Origin: an uncultured Rikenellaceae bacterium
GTDB taxonomy: Bacteria > Bacteroidota > Bacteroidia > Bacteroidales > VadinHA17
Assembly: GCA_964410385.1 (NCBI GenBank)
Contig: CAYPHL010000008.1
Span: 1 to 61,320, forward strand
DNA: 61,320 nt
Direction of reading: 5' to 3'
Shown here: positions 1 through 9,580 of the stretch, piece by piece
Layout of the letters: every line of letters begins with the position of its first letter
Position numbering within the stretch: the stretch's first letter is position 1
Made by a program: the position numbers and the translations under genes
Notes under the pieces: model-generated
Told to the model about the DNA's origin: nothing
Database searches by the model: none
The model's input: only the letters and a program-made list of their open reading frames with translations

Positions 1-521
1 GCTGCCCTGACATTTATTTCCATATCATCAATGTAAAAACACTCATCAGGCTTCAGGTTATATTTTTCAAGTAAGATTCTATAGATTTTTATATCGGGTT
101 TTGAGTATCTTACCTCAGCCGAAATAATTCCTCCGTCAAAAAAACTGAAGAATTCATATTTCTTTTTCACTTCCTCAAAAAAGTCGAGGGGAAAGTTAGA
201 CAGGAAGTATAGCTTAAATCCCTTTTTCTTTAGCTCAGGAAGGAGTTTTATGTTATCATTGAGGGGATAGATTATATTTGTCCTGAGATCAAACAGAGAG
301 CATATATAATCCTTTTTCAGGGATGATCTTTCTGCGATCTGGTCTATTGCTTCGGGCGTGGTCAGATCTCCATTGTCAAGGCTAAGCCATTCAGGACTTT
401 TAAATACATCGTTTAAAATCAGGTTGACAGTATCAATATCATAACCTGATCTTTCAAAATACTCACCTGGTTTCCAGCTCAGTAAGACATTTCCCAGGTC
501 GAAGATTATATTTTTAATCAT
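1..521 (-). CDS. HAD-superfamily phosphatase (HAD-IA, YihX-like), 3' end runs off the window
   Basis: Absent from the ORF track; translated by hand from ATG at 521: MIKNIIFDLGNVLLSW...LSNFP...KPDIKIY...FYIDD, i.e. HAD motifs I-IV. ATG lies 1 nt after the pfkA stop. Confidence 0.85.
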   Translation of the reverse strand, partial: MIKNIIFDLGNVLLSWKPGEYFERSGYDIDTVNLILNDVFKSPEWLSLDNGDLTTPEAIDQIAERSSLKKDYICSLFDLRTNIIYPLNDNIKLLPELKKKGFKLYFLSNFPLDFFEEVKKKYEFFSFFDGGIISAEVRYSKPDIKIYRILLEKYNLKPDECFYIDDMEINVRA

Positions 522-522
522 A

Positions 523-1860
523 TCAGGGATTCTTCATGCTTATAGGCTGGCCGGTAGCTTCGAGGACATTCCACCAAAGTTCGCCTTCGACATCAATTTT
601 CTTTCTTTGTCTGACAGCCATCGGGATAGGAATGAGTGTAAATTCATAATTCCAGTAGCCAACCACAAAATCTGTTTTCCCGGCAACGGCTGCATGGACG
701 GCATTCTGGGCCAGAAGACTGCAGAATTTGCTGTCGTTTGCGTTGGCAGTAGCGCTACGGATTATATAGCTTGGATCAATATATTTGATTGAATAGGGGA
801 ATCCCTTGGCGTCGAATTCCTCCTTTATTTTTTCTTTAAGGTATAGTCCAATGTCTTTATGTTTGATATTTCCCGATGCATCTTTCTGCATTTCAATCGA
901 TTCAAACAATTCCTGGCCGGCTCCCTCTGCGACTACAACTACAGCATGGTGCCTTTCTTCAAGGCGTTTTCGGAGAAGTCTGAGAAAACCTCGTGGTCCG
1001 TAAAGATCAAAAGGAACCTCAGGAACAAGAACAAAATTTGCTTCCTGGATTGCCAGGGATGCGCTTGCTGCAATGAAGCCTGAATCACGTCCCATAAGTT
1101 TAACAAGTGCAATCCCGTTATATGCACTGTGTGCTTCATTATGCGCATTACTGATCACATCTGTAGCAATCGAAAAAGCCGTTTCAAAACCAAATGATTT
1201 CTGTATAAGATCAATATCATTGTCAATTGTTTTAGGTATACCTGCCACAGCAATTTTCAAATTTCTCTTTTTTATTTCCTCGTGAATTGCATGTGCACCC
1301 CTCAGAGTACCGTCACCACCAATACAGAAAAGAATATTGATATTAAGTATTTCGAGCGTATCGACCATCTCTTCGACTTTCTGATTCCCGCGGGATGTTC
1401 CCAGGAATGTACCGCCCGAAAGATGAATGTCACTTACCATCGGAGCTGTAAGCTCAACAACCGGATGATTATATTTCGATACTAATCCTTCATACCCGTA
1501 ATTTATTCCAAGTATCCTGCTGATCCCATACCTGTAAGTCAGCTGATTTACAAGCGCTCTTATGACATTGTTTACACCGGGGCACAATCCGCCACAGGTA
1601 ACAATCCCGACTTTGGTCTTTGCGGGTTCAAAAAATAAATTCTCCTTGGGTCCGGCTTTTTCAAATGATACCGGAGTTTCGCCTGTTGTCTTGCAATTAT
1701 TAAAATGACTTATCGATACATCATACAGGATCCTTTCATCATCTTTTACGAATTTATAGACCGGACTATCATCACGCTGACCCTGTTTAAGGGGAGTAAC
1801 CACATTACTGTTTCCAAGTGACGTGACCAGAAAATCCTCATATCTCATTGAATTTTCCAT
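523..1860 (-). CDS. pfkA: 6-phosphofructokinase, ATP-dependent signature (clade X / long N-terminus type)
   Basis: VTCGGLCPG, GGDGTLRG (Gly at the E. coli 104 position), PKTIDND, LMGRDSG, IDPSYIIRS. Confidence 0.93.
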   Translation of the reverse strand: MENSMRYEDFLVTSLGNSNVVTPLKQGQRDDSPVYKFVKDDERILYDVSISHFNNCKTTGETPVSFEKAGPKENLFFEPAKTKVGIVTCGGLCPGVNNVIRALVNQLTYRYGISRILGINYGYEGLVSKYNHPVVELTAPMVSDIHLSGGTFLGTSRGNQKVEEMVDTLEILNINILFCIGGDGTLRGAHAIHEEIKKRNLKIAVAGIPKTIDNDIDLIQKSFGFETAFSIATDVISNAHNEAHSAYNGIALVKLMGRDSGFIAASASLAIQEANFVLVPEVPFDLYGPRGFLRLLRKRLEERHHAVVVVAEGAGQELFESIEMQKDASGNIKHKDIGLYLKEKIKEEFDAKGFPYSIKYIDPSYIIRSATANANDSKFCSLLAQNAVHAAVAGKTDFVVGYWNYEFTLIPIPMAVRQRKKIDVEGELWWNVLEATGQPISMKNP

Positions 1861-1909
1861 AACTTATCATTAAATCAAAAAGGTTAAATACACTGTTTTT
1901 TTGCCAGTG

Positions 1910-1917
1910 CAAATTTA
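1910..1917 (-). promoter_or_regulatory. Bacteroidota sigma-A -7 box (TAAATTTG) for pfkA
   Basis: Exact TAnnTTTG followed by CA, about 50 nt upstream of the ATG. Confidence 0.6.
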
Positions 1918-1940
1918 CTTAAATTTATGAATGATTGATA

Positions 1941-1968
1941 AATAAAGAATCCCGGTTAAACAACCGGG
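1941..1968 (-). terminator. probable intrinsic terminator after ywbE-like gene
   Basis: CCCGGTT-GTTT-AACCGGG 7-bp stem followed by ATTCTTTATT on the minus strand. Confidence 0.5.
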
Positions 1969-1995
1969 TAATGATTAAGCTTTTTTGCAGAAATG

Positions 1996-2187
1996 TCAGA
2001 TTATCTGCTTAATTCTTCCGATTCGTCCGTTATCAAGAACTACCTTTATCCCGTGAGGATGTATGGGTGCCGTTGTCAAAATCTCCTTTACTCTTCCTCC
2101 TGTTAGCCTTCCGCTGCGTTTGTCCTCACTTAATTCTACCAGTACCGCTATTCCGGGTCTGATGTCTGCTCTTCGTGTTCCTTCCAT
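1996..2187 (-). CDS. YwbE-family (DUF2196) small protein
   Basis: RADIRPG...GRVKEILT...HPHGIKVVLDNGRIGR. Start at MEG preferred over the track's 2196. Confidence 0.8.
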   Translation of the reverse strand: MEGTRRADIRPGIAVLVELSEDKRSGRLTGGRVKEILTTAPIHPHGIKVVLDNGRIGRIKQII

Positions 2188-2310
2188 ATTCAGCAATCCA
2201 ATAAAATATTCGGGATTTCTCCTTTTTCTTTAAAGGATACAATTTTAATTAAAAACCTGCTTAAGCTGAAGGAAGCACCTTCCGTTTTGACAAACGGCGC
2301 TATTTATTGA

Positions 2311-3210
2311 TCAATATACTCCTTTTTTACGTGTACGGATTCTGTATAATCCTTTGCTTGCTGTAATATATAGGGTTTTCCTGTCCCGGCCGCCGAAGCA
2401 TACATTTGCAGTCCAGTTCTCCGGGACTGCTATATTACCGACCTGTCTGCCGGTTTTATCAAATACTGTTACTCCTTTGCCTGTCAGATAGATATTTCCT
2501 TTTTTATCAATTGTCATTCCGTCAGAACCCAGTTCACAAAAGAGCTTCTTTGCTGTGAGAGTACCGTCTTCCGCTATTGAATAGGACCATGTTTTATTAG
2601 CCCGTATATCAGCCACATACAGGGTTTTACCGTCTTTTGTGCCTATGATTCCGTTGGGTTGCTGAAGATCATCGGCTACTCTTATAAGTGTTCTGTGGTC
2701 TGGTTTAAGATAATAAACACATTGTTTTTCCTGAGGCATGTCTTTGTGGGCCCACCACGACCGCCTGTAAAAAGGATCAGTAAAATAGACACCGCCATCA
2801 GGGGCGATCCAGAGATCATTCGGGCCGTTCAGAAGCTTATCATTGTATTTGTTCAGAATAACTTCCACATTTTTGCCCGGTTCTATTTTCCATAGAGCAT
2901 TATTTTCATCAGCACAGGACCAGAGATTGCCTTTGGTGTCAAAAAAAAGTCCGTTCGACCTGCCCGAAGGTTGCATGTATGTGACAAGCTTATCTTCAAT
3001 CGTCCAGACCATTATTCTGTCGTTTGGCTGATCGGTAAAGTAAACGTTCCCGCGGGAATCTGCAGCCGGACCTTCAGTAAATGTAAACTCTCCTGAAAGC
3101 TTTTCAACCGGAGTTCCCTCTCTGATTATTCCGGAAATATCATTATTCTGGGCTATAGCCATGAAGTTCAGAAGGATTAAGGAGGCAAATAAAAGACTGT
3201 AATATTTCAT
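2311..3210 (-). CDS. SMP-30/gluconolactonase/LRE family protein with Sec signal peptide
   Basis: FTEGP, SNGL, PNDL, PNGI, SDGMTID, TANVCFGG; hydrophobic N-terminus ending AIA-Q. Confidence 0.9.
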   Translation of the reverse strand: MKYYSLLFASLILLNFMAIAQNNDISGIIREGTPVEKLSGEFTFTEGPAADSRGNVYFTDQPNDRIMVWTIEDKLVTYMQPSGRSNGLFFDTKGNLWSCADENNALWKIEPGKNVEVILNKYNDKLLNGPNDLWIAPDGGVYFTDPFYRRSWWAHKDMPQEKQCVYYLKPDHRTLIRVADDLQQPNGIIGTKDGKTLYVADIRANKTWSYSIAEDGTLTAKKLFCELGSDGMTIDKKGNIYLTGKGVTVFDKTGRQVGNIAVPENWTANVCFGGRDRKTLYITASKGLYRIRTRKKGVY

Positions 3211-3240
3211 TTTGCGGATAAATATTATTTCAGGGATCAG

Positions 3241-4152
3241 TTATCCAAGACTTATATTTTTCATTCTAGTTATATAATCATCAACCTGGCCGGTCGATTC
3301 AAATCCGACAATTATCATATCTACTGTACCGAGGCCAAGGACATATTTTAAGGAAGGATCAATTTTTTCGGGTTCATTCCTGAACTTACCACCTCCGACT
3401 ACTTTCATTCCGATGACACCCTTCCCGGCTTTATGGAACTTTTCTATGACGGGGACAACAAGAGCAGGATCGCGTTGATCCATATTTTCACCAAATGGAT
3501 TGATCCTGACATGTATAACATCAACCCATGGATCTTCAGCAGCTACTTTAAGTGCATCAAATGAATGAACAGAAACGCCGTGAGCCCTGATCACCTTTTT
3601 TGCTTTCAGATCCTCAAGTCCGTCCATGAATCTCTTCTGCAGGCTTGTCCATTCGCCGGTTGTCATGCAGTGAAGCTGAACAAGGTCGATATAATCTGTA
3701 TTCAGTTCTTTCCTGAACCGGTCAACAACAACCCGGGCATCAGGTCTTTCTGTTTCAGGGATTCCTCCGGGAGTTACCCACATTTTTGTTCCGATAGTAT
3801 ATTTTTCCCTTGGGATGCCTCTGAGTGCAGCCGCTGCGAAAGGATGTGTCCCATAACTGTCGGCACAATCAAAAAACCGTATACCTGATTCATAAGCATG
3901 TCGTATAACAGATTCTGCCACTCCTGCCCTTGTAATTGCTGATGAACGGTTATATCCGCTGTAACCTGTCCCCATTCCAAGCAACGTTGTCCTGATCCCT
4001 GTTTTTCCAAGAGTAATTGTCCGGAACGGATCGGTTGCGGTTCTGGTATTTCCGGCAAATGCTGCACATGAAGCTGAACCGATTAAAATCGTTCCGGCAC
4101 CTGCAGCCACCGTTGTTACAAACTGTCTCCGGCTGAGATTCTTTTTTTCCAT
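3241..4152 (-). CDS. aldo/keto reductase with twin-arginine signal
   Basis: LGKTG, FFDCADSYG (Asp/Tyr), GTK (Lys), DLVQLH (His); N-terminal SRRQFV plus h-region. Confidence 0.88.
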   Translation of the reverse strand: MEKKNLSRRQFVTTVAAGAGTILIGSASCAAFAGNTRTATDPFRTITLGKTGIRTTLLGMGTGYSGYNRSSAITRAGVAESVIRHAYESGIRFFDCADSYGTHPFAAAALRGIPREKYTIGTKMWVTPGGIPETERPDARVVVDRFRKELNTDYIDLVQLHCMTTGEWTSLQKRFMDGLEDLKAKKVIRAHGVSVHSFDALKVAAEDPWVDVIHVRINPFGENMDQRDPALVVPVIEKFHKAGKGVIGMKVVGGGKFRNEPEKIDPSLKYVLGLGTVDMIIVGFESTGQVDDYITRMKNISLG

Positions 4153-4158
4153 CGTATA

Positions 4159-4584
4159 TTATTTTTGCAGATTTAACATTCTTAAAATTTCATCAGGACG
4201 TGAGGGTTTTCCATCCCGGGTTGCCGCACCTGTAATCTTTGCCCTCACAATCAGCTTTTCATCGGGCAACCTGAAAATATCCTGAATAAATACAAGCCGA
4301 ATATAACCTTCCCTGCGAACAGCGGTCCTGATAATAAACCTGTCCCTGCTTCTCAAAGGATATTTATAATCAATTTCAACCCTTGTGATAATGAGATCAG
4401 TACCTTCATCATGAAGCTGTGAAAAACTGATCCCTTCCGAGAGCAGGAATTCATGCCTTGCATGTTCCAGGTAATGCTGATAATTTGCATTATTCACAAC
4501 TCCCTGAAGATCACATTCATAATCCCTCACTGAAAACTCAAGGGAAGAGAGATATTCCGGACTATTCTCTGTTTGTTTCGCCAT
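4159..4584 (-). CDS. acyl-CoA thioesterase (4HBT/YbgC/FadM family)
   Basis: VRDYECDLQGVVNNANYQHYLEHAR hotdog-fold motif. Confidence 0.9.
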   Translation of the reverse strand: MAKQTENSPEYLSSLEFSVRDYECDLQGVVNNANYQHYLEHARHEFLLSEGISFSQLHDEGTDLIITRVEIDYKYPLRSRDRFIIRTAVRREGYIRLVFIQDIFRLPDEKLIVRAKITGAATRDGKPSRPDEILRMLNLQK

Positions 4585-4598
4585 CAGGTAAACTGTGA

Positions 4599-5048
4599 TT
4601 ATTTCGGGAATCTTCTGAAAAATTTCCTGATCCCGGCATGAAATTTATGGACTCCGTGAGGTTTGTAATGCATTAAAATACATTCTTTTGTAATGTAATT
4701 AATCCCTGAACCCTCCAGTTCCTTCATGGCATCACCACTTTCAGCCATCTGCTGGATCCAGATCTGACGGATCCCCTTTTCCTTTGCTTCCCTGATTATA
4801 CCGGCTGTCTTTTGTCGTGAGGTCATTATTATCAGGCTTTTGACATTTTCCGGCAGACTTTTTATGTCAGGGAAAACTTTCACCCCATGAATTTCAGTAG
4901 CGTTCGGGTTTACAGGAATTATGTTCATCCCCTTTTCCTTTAATTCGCGGAAAGCTGCAAATCCGAATTTTTTCGGATTACGGGAAACACCTGCCATTGC
5001 AACCGGTTCCGATGCAATGAATTCTTCAATTTGTTTCAGTGTTACCAT
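4599..5048 (-). CDS. CoA-binding protein (YccU-like)
   Basis: AMAGVSRNPKKFG, IPVNP, IWIQ Rossmann-like pattern. Confidence 0.85.
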   Translation of the reverse strand: MVTLKQIEEFIASEPVAMAGVSRNPKKFGFAAFRELKEKGMNIIPVNPNATEIHGVKVFPDIKSLPENVKSLIIMTSRQKTAGIIREAKEKGIRQIWIQQMAESGDAMKELEGSGINYITKECILMHYKPHGVHKFHAGIRKFFRRFPK

Positions 5049-5198
5049 TTTACTGTAAAATTAAGTGCCTGTTGGCGTGTTGCAATTAAGTATGAATTCT
5101 TTTCTGTGAAATAAGTATAAAGACTTAAAAATACAACAAATAAATCAACCAACATATTTTTTTATTTACTTGGCTGTGCCTAATTTGAATCATCCAAA

Positions 5199-6482
5199 AT
5201 GAAAAATTCCAAGACCGAAGAGGGATATCTTTTCTCTAAAAGATACTCGCATTACATTTTCATACTGCTTTTCCTGTTGTATATGTTCGATTACATTGAC
5301 AGGATGGTTATTACATCAATGTTTCCGGCAATAGAAAGGGACCTTGGCATTTCGCATACACAGAGTGGAATGCTTGTTTCGGCAGTTTACTGGGCCATTG
5401 TACTGCTTACATTTCCGGTCTCATTGCTTGTCGACAGGTGGAGCAGGACAAAAACGATCGGGATCATGGCAATAATGTGGAGTATAGCTACTGCCCTCTG
5501 TGCCCTGACAGGAAATTATGTTCAGCTTTTCATGGCCCGTGCTCTCATCGGGATAGGCGAAGCAGGATATGCTCCCGGTGGAAGCGCTGTAATATCAGGA
5601 TTGTTTCCGATTGACAAGCGGTCCAGGATGATGGGTTTATGGAATGCATCAATTCCTATAGGTACTGCGATCGGACATTTCCTGGGTGGGGTGATTGCAG
5701 TTAACCTGGGTTGGAAACATGCATTCGGGATAGTTGCTTTACCCGGACTGATAATTGCTGTTCTTTTCCTCTTTCTGAAGGATTATAAGACTGTCGATCT
5801 GGCATTTATCGAAAAAGGTAACCAGAAGATAAAAATGGAAAGAAAAGATATGGTAAGGGAGTTTTTAACAAGGCCATCTGTGATTTTTACATATTTCGGA
5901 ATGGCAGCAGTAACTTTTACCACCACTGCTCTTATTACTTGGTTATCAACCTATTTTCAGAATGAACAGGGGATGCCCATGGATACAGCTGGTGCCAAGG
6001 CAAGTCTTGTTATGGTCCTTGCTGTTGTGGGAGCCCCGCTTGGCGGCTGGCTCACCGACCTCTGGAGGAAAAAACAGGCGAATGCCAGACTGATTCTCCC
6101 TGCAATCTCCACATTGCTGACTGCAGTTTTGCTCTTTATAGCATTGTATCTTTTTAAGGGGACTATACAATACGTTTTCCTTCTTGTAATGGGAGTAAGT
6201 ATAATGTTTTTCATTTCGGGAGCTGCAGCTGTAACCCAGGACGTTATACATCCCGGATTAAGGGCTACATCCTACGCGGTGGCTGTTGTTATAATGAACC
6301 TTATTGGATCATCCATGGCCCCGATAGTAATAGGAAAACTGTATGATATCTATAATATTAAAACAGCGCTGTCTATACTGCCCTTCATACTTATGACAGG
6401 TTCACTTTTGTTTTATCTGGGATCGAGATATTATGAGAAGGATATGGAAAAGGTAACTAAGGTAAAACTGGAGGTTGCCTGA
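5199..6482 (+). CDS. MFS transporter (spinster-like, 12 TM)
   Basis: DYIDR, LVDRWSR motif A, RALIGIGEAGYAP, GGWLTDLW. Confidence 0.9.
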   Translation: MKNSKTEEGYLFSKRYSHYIFILLFLLYMFDYIDRMVITSMFPAIERDLGISHTQSGMLVSAVYWAIVLLTFPVSLLVDRWSRTKTIGIMAIMWSIATALCALTGNYVQLFMARALIGIGEAGYAPGGSAVISGLFPIDKRSRMMGLWNASIPIGTAIGHFLGGVIAVNLGWKHAFGIVALPGLIIAVLFLFLKDYKTVDLAFIEKGNQKIKMERKDMVREFLTRPSVIFTYFGMAAVTFTTTALITWLSTYFQNEQGMPMDTAGAKASLVMVLAVVGAPLGGWLTDLWRKKQANARLILPAISTLLTAVLLFIALYLFKGTIQYVFLLVMGVSIMFFISGAAAVTQDVIHPGLRATSYAVAVVIMNLIGSSMAPIVIGKLYDIYNIKTALSILPFILMTGSLLFYLGSRYYEKDMEKVTKVKLEVA

Positions 6483-6492
6483 GAAATCAATC

Positions 6493-7467
6493 TTATTTAT
6501 TTCTTGAAGCCGTATAGTTTACAAACCTCTGTAAAGAATCCCTGATTTCAGATTCCGGATAGGTTCCAAGGATTTCAAGTGCCTTGTCCCGGTATAGGTT
6601 CATTTTTTGTTCGGTAAATTCCGGTCCACCTGAAGATCTTACAAAATCAATCACCTGGCTGATCTCTGCTTTTGTTTTCTTCCTGTTTTTCACAATTGAA
6701 AGGATTTGCCGTCTCACTGATACGGATGCATTCTCAAGAGCATATATAAGGGGAAGTGTGATTTTCCTCTCCTTTATATCATTTCCTGTCAATTTTCCCG
6801 TAAGTCCATTTGGTTCATAATCAAGCAGATCGTCCTTTATCTGGAACGCGATACCTATGTTTTCACCAAAATCCTTCATTTTCCTGATGGTATCAGGATC
6901 TTCTGACACCGACTTTGCACCACAGGCAGTACATGCAGCAATAAGAGCTGCAGTCTTGCTCCTGATTATCCTGTAATAATCATCCACCTTAATATTCATT
7001 TTCCTCGACTTCTGTAGTTGCAGAAGCTCACCTTCGCTCATTGACTTCACTGCATCAGAAACTATCTCAAGCATGTCATAGCGCTTTTTTTCAAGACTTA
7101 TTGCCATTCCCCGCGATAACATATAATCCCCTACCAGAACGGCGATCTTTGAATTCCAGAGGGCATTGACCGACAATGACCCGCGCCTTTCATGTGCATC
7201 ATCAACCACATCGTCGTGTACAAGTGATGCAGTATGAAGAAGTTCTATGAGTGTTGCCGCCACATATGTCGCTTCTGAGATTTTTCCATTGAGCCCTGCT
7301 GTCAGAAAAACCAGCAAAGGCCTCATCTGTTTGCCTTTACGGCGAAGGATATAATTGAGGATGATCTTCAGAAGAGGTATTTCAGTCTTCAATGTCCTGT
7401 TGAAGTAAGCTTCAAACTCACCCATCTCTTTCTCAACAGGTTTTCTTATCTCAGCGAGGATTGACAT
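6493..7467 (-). CDS. ispB: long-chain polyprenyl diphosphate synthase
   Basis: GKQMRP, LVHDDVVD (FARM), FQIKDDLLD (SARM). Chain length cannot be read from sequence alone. Confidence 0.9.
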   Translation of the reverse strand: MSILAEIRKPVEKEMGEFEAYFNRTLKTEIPLLKIILNYILRRKGKQMRPLLVFLTAGLNGKISEATYVAATLIELLHTASLVHDDVVDDAHERRGSLSVNALWNSKIAVLVGDYMLSRGMAISLEKKRYDMLEIVSDAVKSMSEGELLQLQKSRKMNIKVDDYYRIIRSKTAALIAACTACGAKSVSEDPDTIRKMKDFGENIGIAFQIKDDLLDYEPNGLTGKLTGNDIKERKITLPLIYALENASVSVRRQILSIVKNRKKTKAEISQVIDFVRSSGGPEFTEQKMNLYRDKALEILGTYPESEIRDSLQRFVNYTASRNK

Positions 7468-7484
7468 CCGTATTTTATTTCATC

Positions 7485-7492
7485 CAAACTTA
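7485..7492 (-). promoter_or_regulatory. sigma-A -7 box (TAAGTTTG) for ispB
   Basis: Exact TAnnTTTG 17 nt upstream of ATG. Confidence 0.55.
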
Positions 7493-7569
7493 CATAAAAT
7501 ATGACAAAAGAAAACAGTCTGTATGTAATGGTTCCAAATTAAGTCTCCACACATTAACATATTTGTATA

Positions 7570-7577
7570 TATATTTG
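7570..7577 (+). promoter_or_regulatory. sigma-A -7 box (TATATTTG) for ArsR gene
   Basis: Exact TAnnTTTG 16 nt upstream of ATG. Confidence 0.5.
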
Positions 7578-7593
7578 TTTTAAAATTTTCCGG

Positions 7594-7893
7594 ATGGAAT
7601 TCAATGAGCTGAATCCAGAGGTCCTTCAGAAAGCTTCTGAAATGCTGAAAGCCATGGCACATCCTGCCAGAATAAGCATTGTGCGTTTGCTTGAGGACGG
7701 TAAAAAGCAGACTGTAACAGAGATCCACAACAAGCTTGGCATAGGCCAGGCCGTTGCATCGCATCACCTTGTTATTTTGCGCGACAGGGGTGTTTTGTCA
7801 TCATCGAGGGAAGGGAAGAATATTTACTATTTCCTCAGGCATCCGAACCTTGGGAATATGCTCAAAACCCTGGGTGAGTGTTGTAAGGATTGA
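7594..7893 (+). CDS. ArsR/SmtB family transcriptional regulator
   Basis: LKAMAHPARISIV, SHHLVILR, SREGKNIYY winged HTH. Confidence 0.9.
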   Translation: MEFNELNPEVLQKASEMLKAMAHPARISIVRLLEDGKKQTVTEIHNKLGIGQAVASHHLVILRDRGVLSSSREGKNIYYFLRHPNLGNMLKTLGECCKD

Positions 7894-7916
7894 TTTATTG
7901 ACCGGAGCCTGTATTT

Positions 7917-8528
7917 CTACTCAAAGTCCCTGAACATTTTCTTCTGAAAAAGCAATATAGCAAATACTCCACAGGTGATAGCAGAATCAGCAATATTGAA
8001 TACCGGCCGGAAGAAAATAAAAGACTGACCCGGTCTGAAAGGTGACCAGTCGGGCCATGTGGTATTGATAACAGGGAAATAGAGCATATCAACGACTCTT
8101 CCGTGAAGAAATGACGAGTAACCGCCTTCGGGAGGGAAAAGAACAGCAGGTTCATGGAAACTTTCGCTGAAAATCATACCATAAAATGCACTGTCGATAA
8201 TATTCCCGATCGCTCCTGCAAGAATTGCGCTAACTGCCAGTATTAATCCCGTATATGCATTTTTCCTGATTATTGAGTTAAGGAACCATGCTATGGCAAA
8301 AATTGCTATTATCCTGAAGATACTGAGAATAAGCTTCCCCGGCTTGCCGCCCATTTCCATTCCAAAAGCCATTCCGTTATTTTCTATAAAATGCAGCATA
8401 CCCCATTTCCCGATTAACGGAATATCTTCACCGATAACCATATGAGTTTTTACCCAGAATTTCAGTAACTGGTCAAAAAACAAAATAAGTATTATAAGTG
8501 ATATTGCTTTTTTCCCTGATGACATCAC
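7917..8528 (-). CDS. lspA: lipoprotein signal peptidase II (long Bacteroidota type)
   Basis: DQLLK, ENNGMAFG, GAIGNIIDS, VVDM, VFNIADS. Confidence 0.93.
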   Translation of the reverse strand: MMSSGKKAISLIILILFFDQLLKFWVKTHMVIGEDIPLIGKWGMLHFIENNGMAFGMEMGGKPGKLILSIFRIIAIFAIAWFLNSIIRKNAYTGLILAVSAILAGAIGNIIDSAFYGMIFSESFHEPAVLFPPEGGYSSFLHGRVVDMLYFPVINTTWPDWSPFRPGQSFIFFRPVFNIADSAITCGVFAILLFQKKMFRDFE

Positions 8529-8558
8529 TTGTGTATTGATTCAGGGGCGCAAAATAAT

Positions 8559-8582
8559 AAAAAAACCCAGCATTGAGCCGGG
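8559..8582 (-). terminator. intrinsic terminator after the lipoprotein gene
   Basis: Minus strand CCCGGC-TCAAT-GCTGGG (one G-U pair) then TTTTTTT. Confidence 0.6.
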
Positions 8583-8599
8583 AATTTTAAAAAATGACT

Positions 8600-9433
8600 T
8601 TATTGCGGACAGATGACATTGACATAATTGCCATTCCAGCAGTGCCACAGGTCATCTGCGAAGAACTGTTCACATTTTACCCGGCCTTGTTTTCCGGTCG
8701 AACTCCATTCCACTATCATATCAGAAAAATCAGCTCCGTTGAAGTAATGTATTGTATAATAGGAATCATATGGTCCGGCCTGTTTACCGGCTTCAATACT
8801 GCTGTTCCTGAAATTATCTTCAGTACGGGAATCGTTCAGTACCCTTACATAAGTGTATTTGATTTTTTCAACAGCTGACTGGTTACCTTCCCAGTCGATC
8901 TGAAGGACAGGTTCCTTGAAGGATGAGCTGTGGTTCAGTATCCACTGGCCGCCCGTTCGGTCGAGCTTCGAAGTGCCCTGGAACCAGAGGAATTCGGAAA
9001 ATCCTCCCGATCCTTCCCTGCTTACATACATCTTCCACTCAATATCCTGGGTCCTTATCTGACCTGTAAGTCTTGCTTTATATACTGCTGTGAAAAAAGG
9101 AACTTCATATCTCCATTCCCATGTTTTATCATCTACATATACAGGTACTTTATCAACTGCTTTTTCAAAGGATATCACCGGTACCGCAAGGGTTGTTACC
9201 AGGATCATGTTCCATGTCCCGGCTACAAGTGCGGAAAACTCCCAGTTCACATTTTCGATGCCTTTGGACATTGAATAGGCAGCATGCTTCTTTTCTGTAT
9301 CAAAATTGCTGAAATCAATATTCATTGATTCAACAGGCGGAAGCTTGGGAGGATCTTCAGTCTCCTTATTACAACCGGCAAAAAACCCTCCTAAAAATGT
9401 CAGGATAATCACCAGAGAAGTAATTTTTTTCAT
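8600..9433 (-). CDS. hypothetical lipoprotein
   Basis: Basic N-terminus, h-region, lipobox FAG-C20; Trp-rich mature region of unrecognised family. Confidence 0.75.
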   Translation of the reverse strand: MKKITSLVIILTFLGGFFAGCNKETEDPPKLPPVESMNIDFSNFDTEKKHAAYSMSKGIENVNWEFSALVAGTWNMILVTTLAVPVISFEKAVDKVPVYVDDKTWEWRYEVPFFTAVYKARLTGQIRTQDIEWKMYVSREGSGGFSEFLWFQGTSKLDRTGGQWILNHSSSFKEPVLQIDWEGNQSAVEKIKYTYVRVLNDSRTEDNFRNSSIEAGKQAGPYDSYYTIHYFNGADFSDMIVEWSSTGKQGRVKCEQFFADDLWHCWNGNYVNVICPQ

Positions 9434-9458
9434 AACGGGTACAGTTATCTGTTTCTCT

Positions 9459-9486
9459 TAAACGCAAAAATGGTGTTAAAGTTACG
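9459..9486 (-). promoter_or_regulatory. putative ECF sigma promoter CGTAAC-N16-CGTTTA
   Basis: Matches the motif found upstream of the ECF sigma gene (44304-44332) and the OM barrel gene (42671-42699). Confidence 0.5.
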
Positions 9487-9580
9487 TCAACGGTATAAAA
9501 ATTAACTTTAATGGACTAATTTCATACACGAAATGAACAAAACCACATATTTTGTGTTTAACGTGCAAAATAAAATAAAA

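Noticed and set aside
7594-7893. BigR/SqrR-type persulfide sensor
   Set aside because: Only C-terminal CC is present; the second, N-proximal Cys is absent and no sulfur-handling genes are adjacent.
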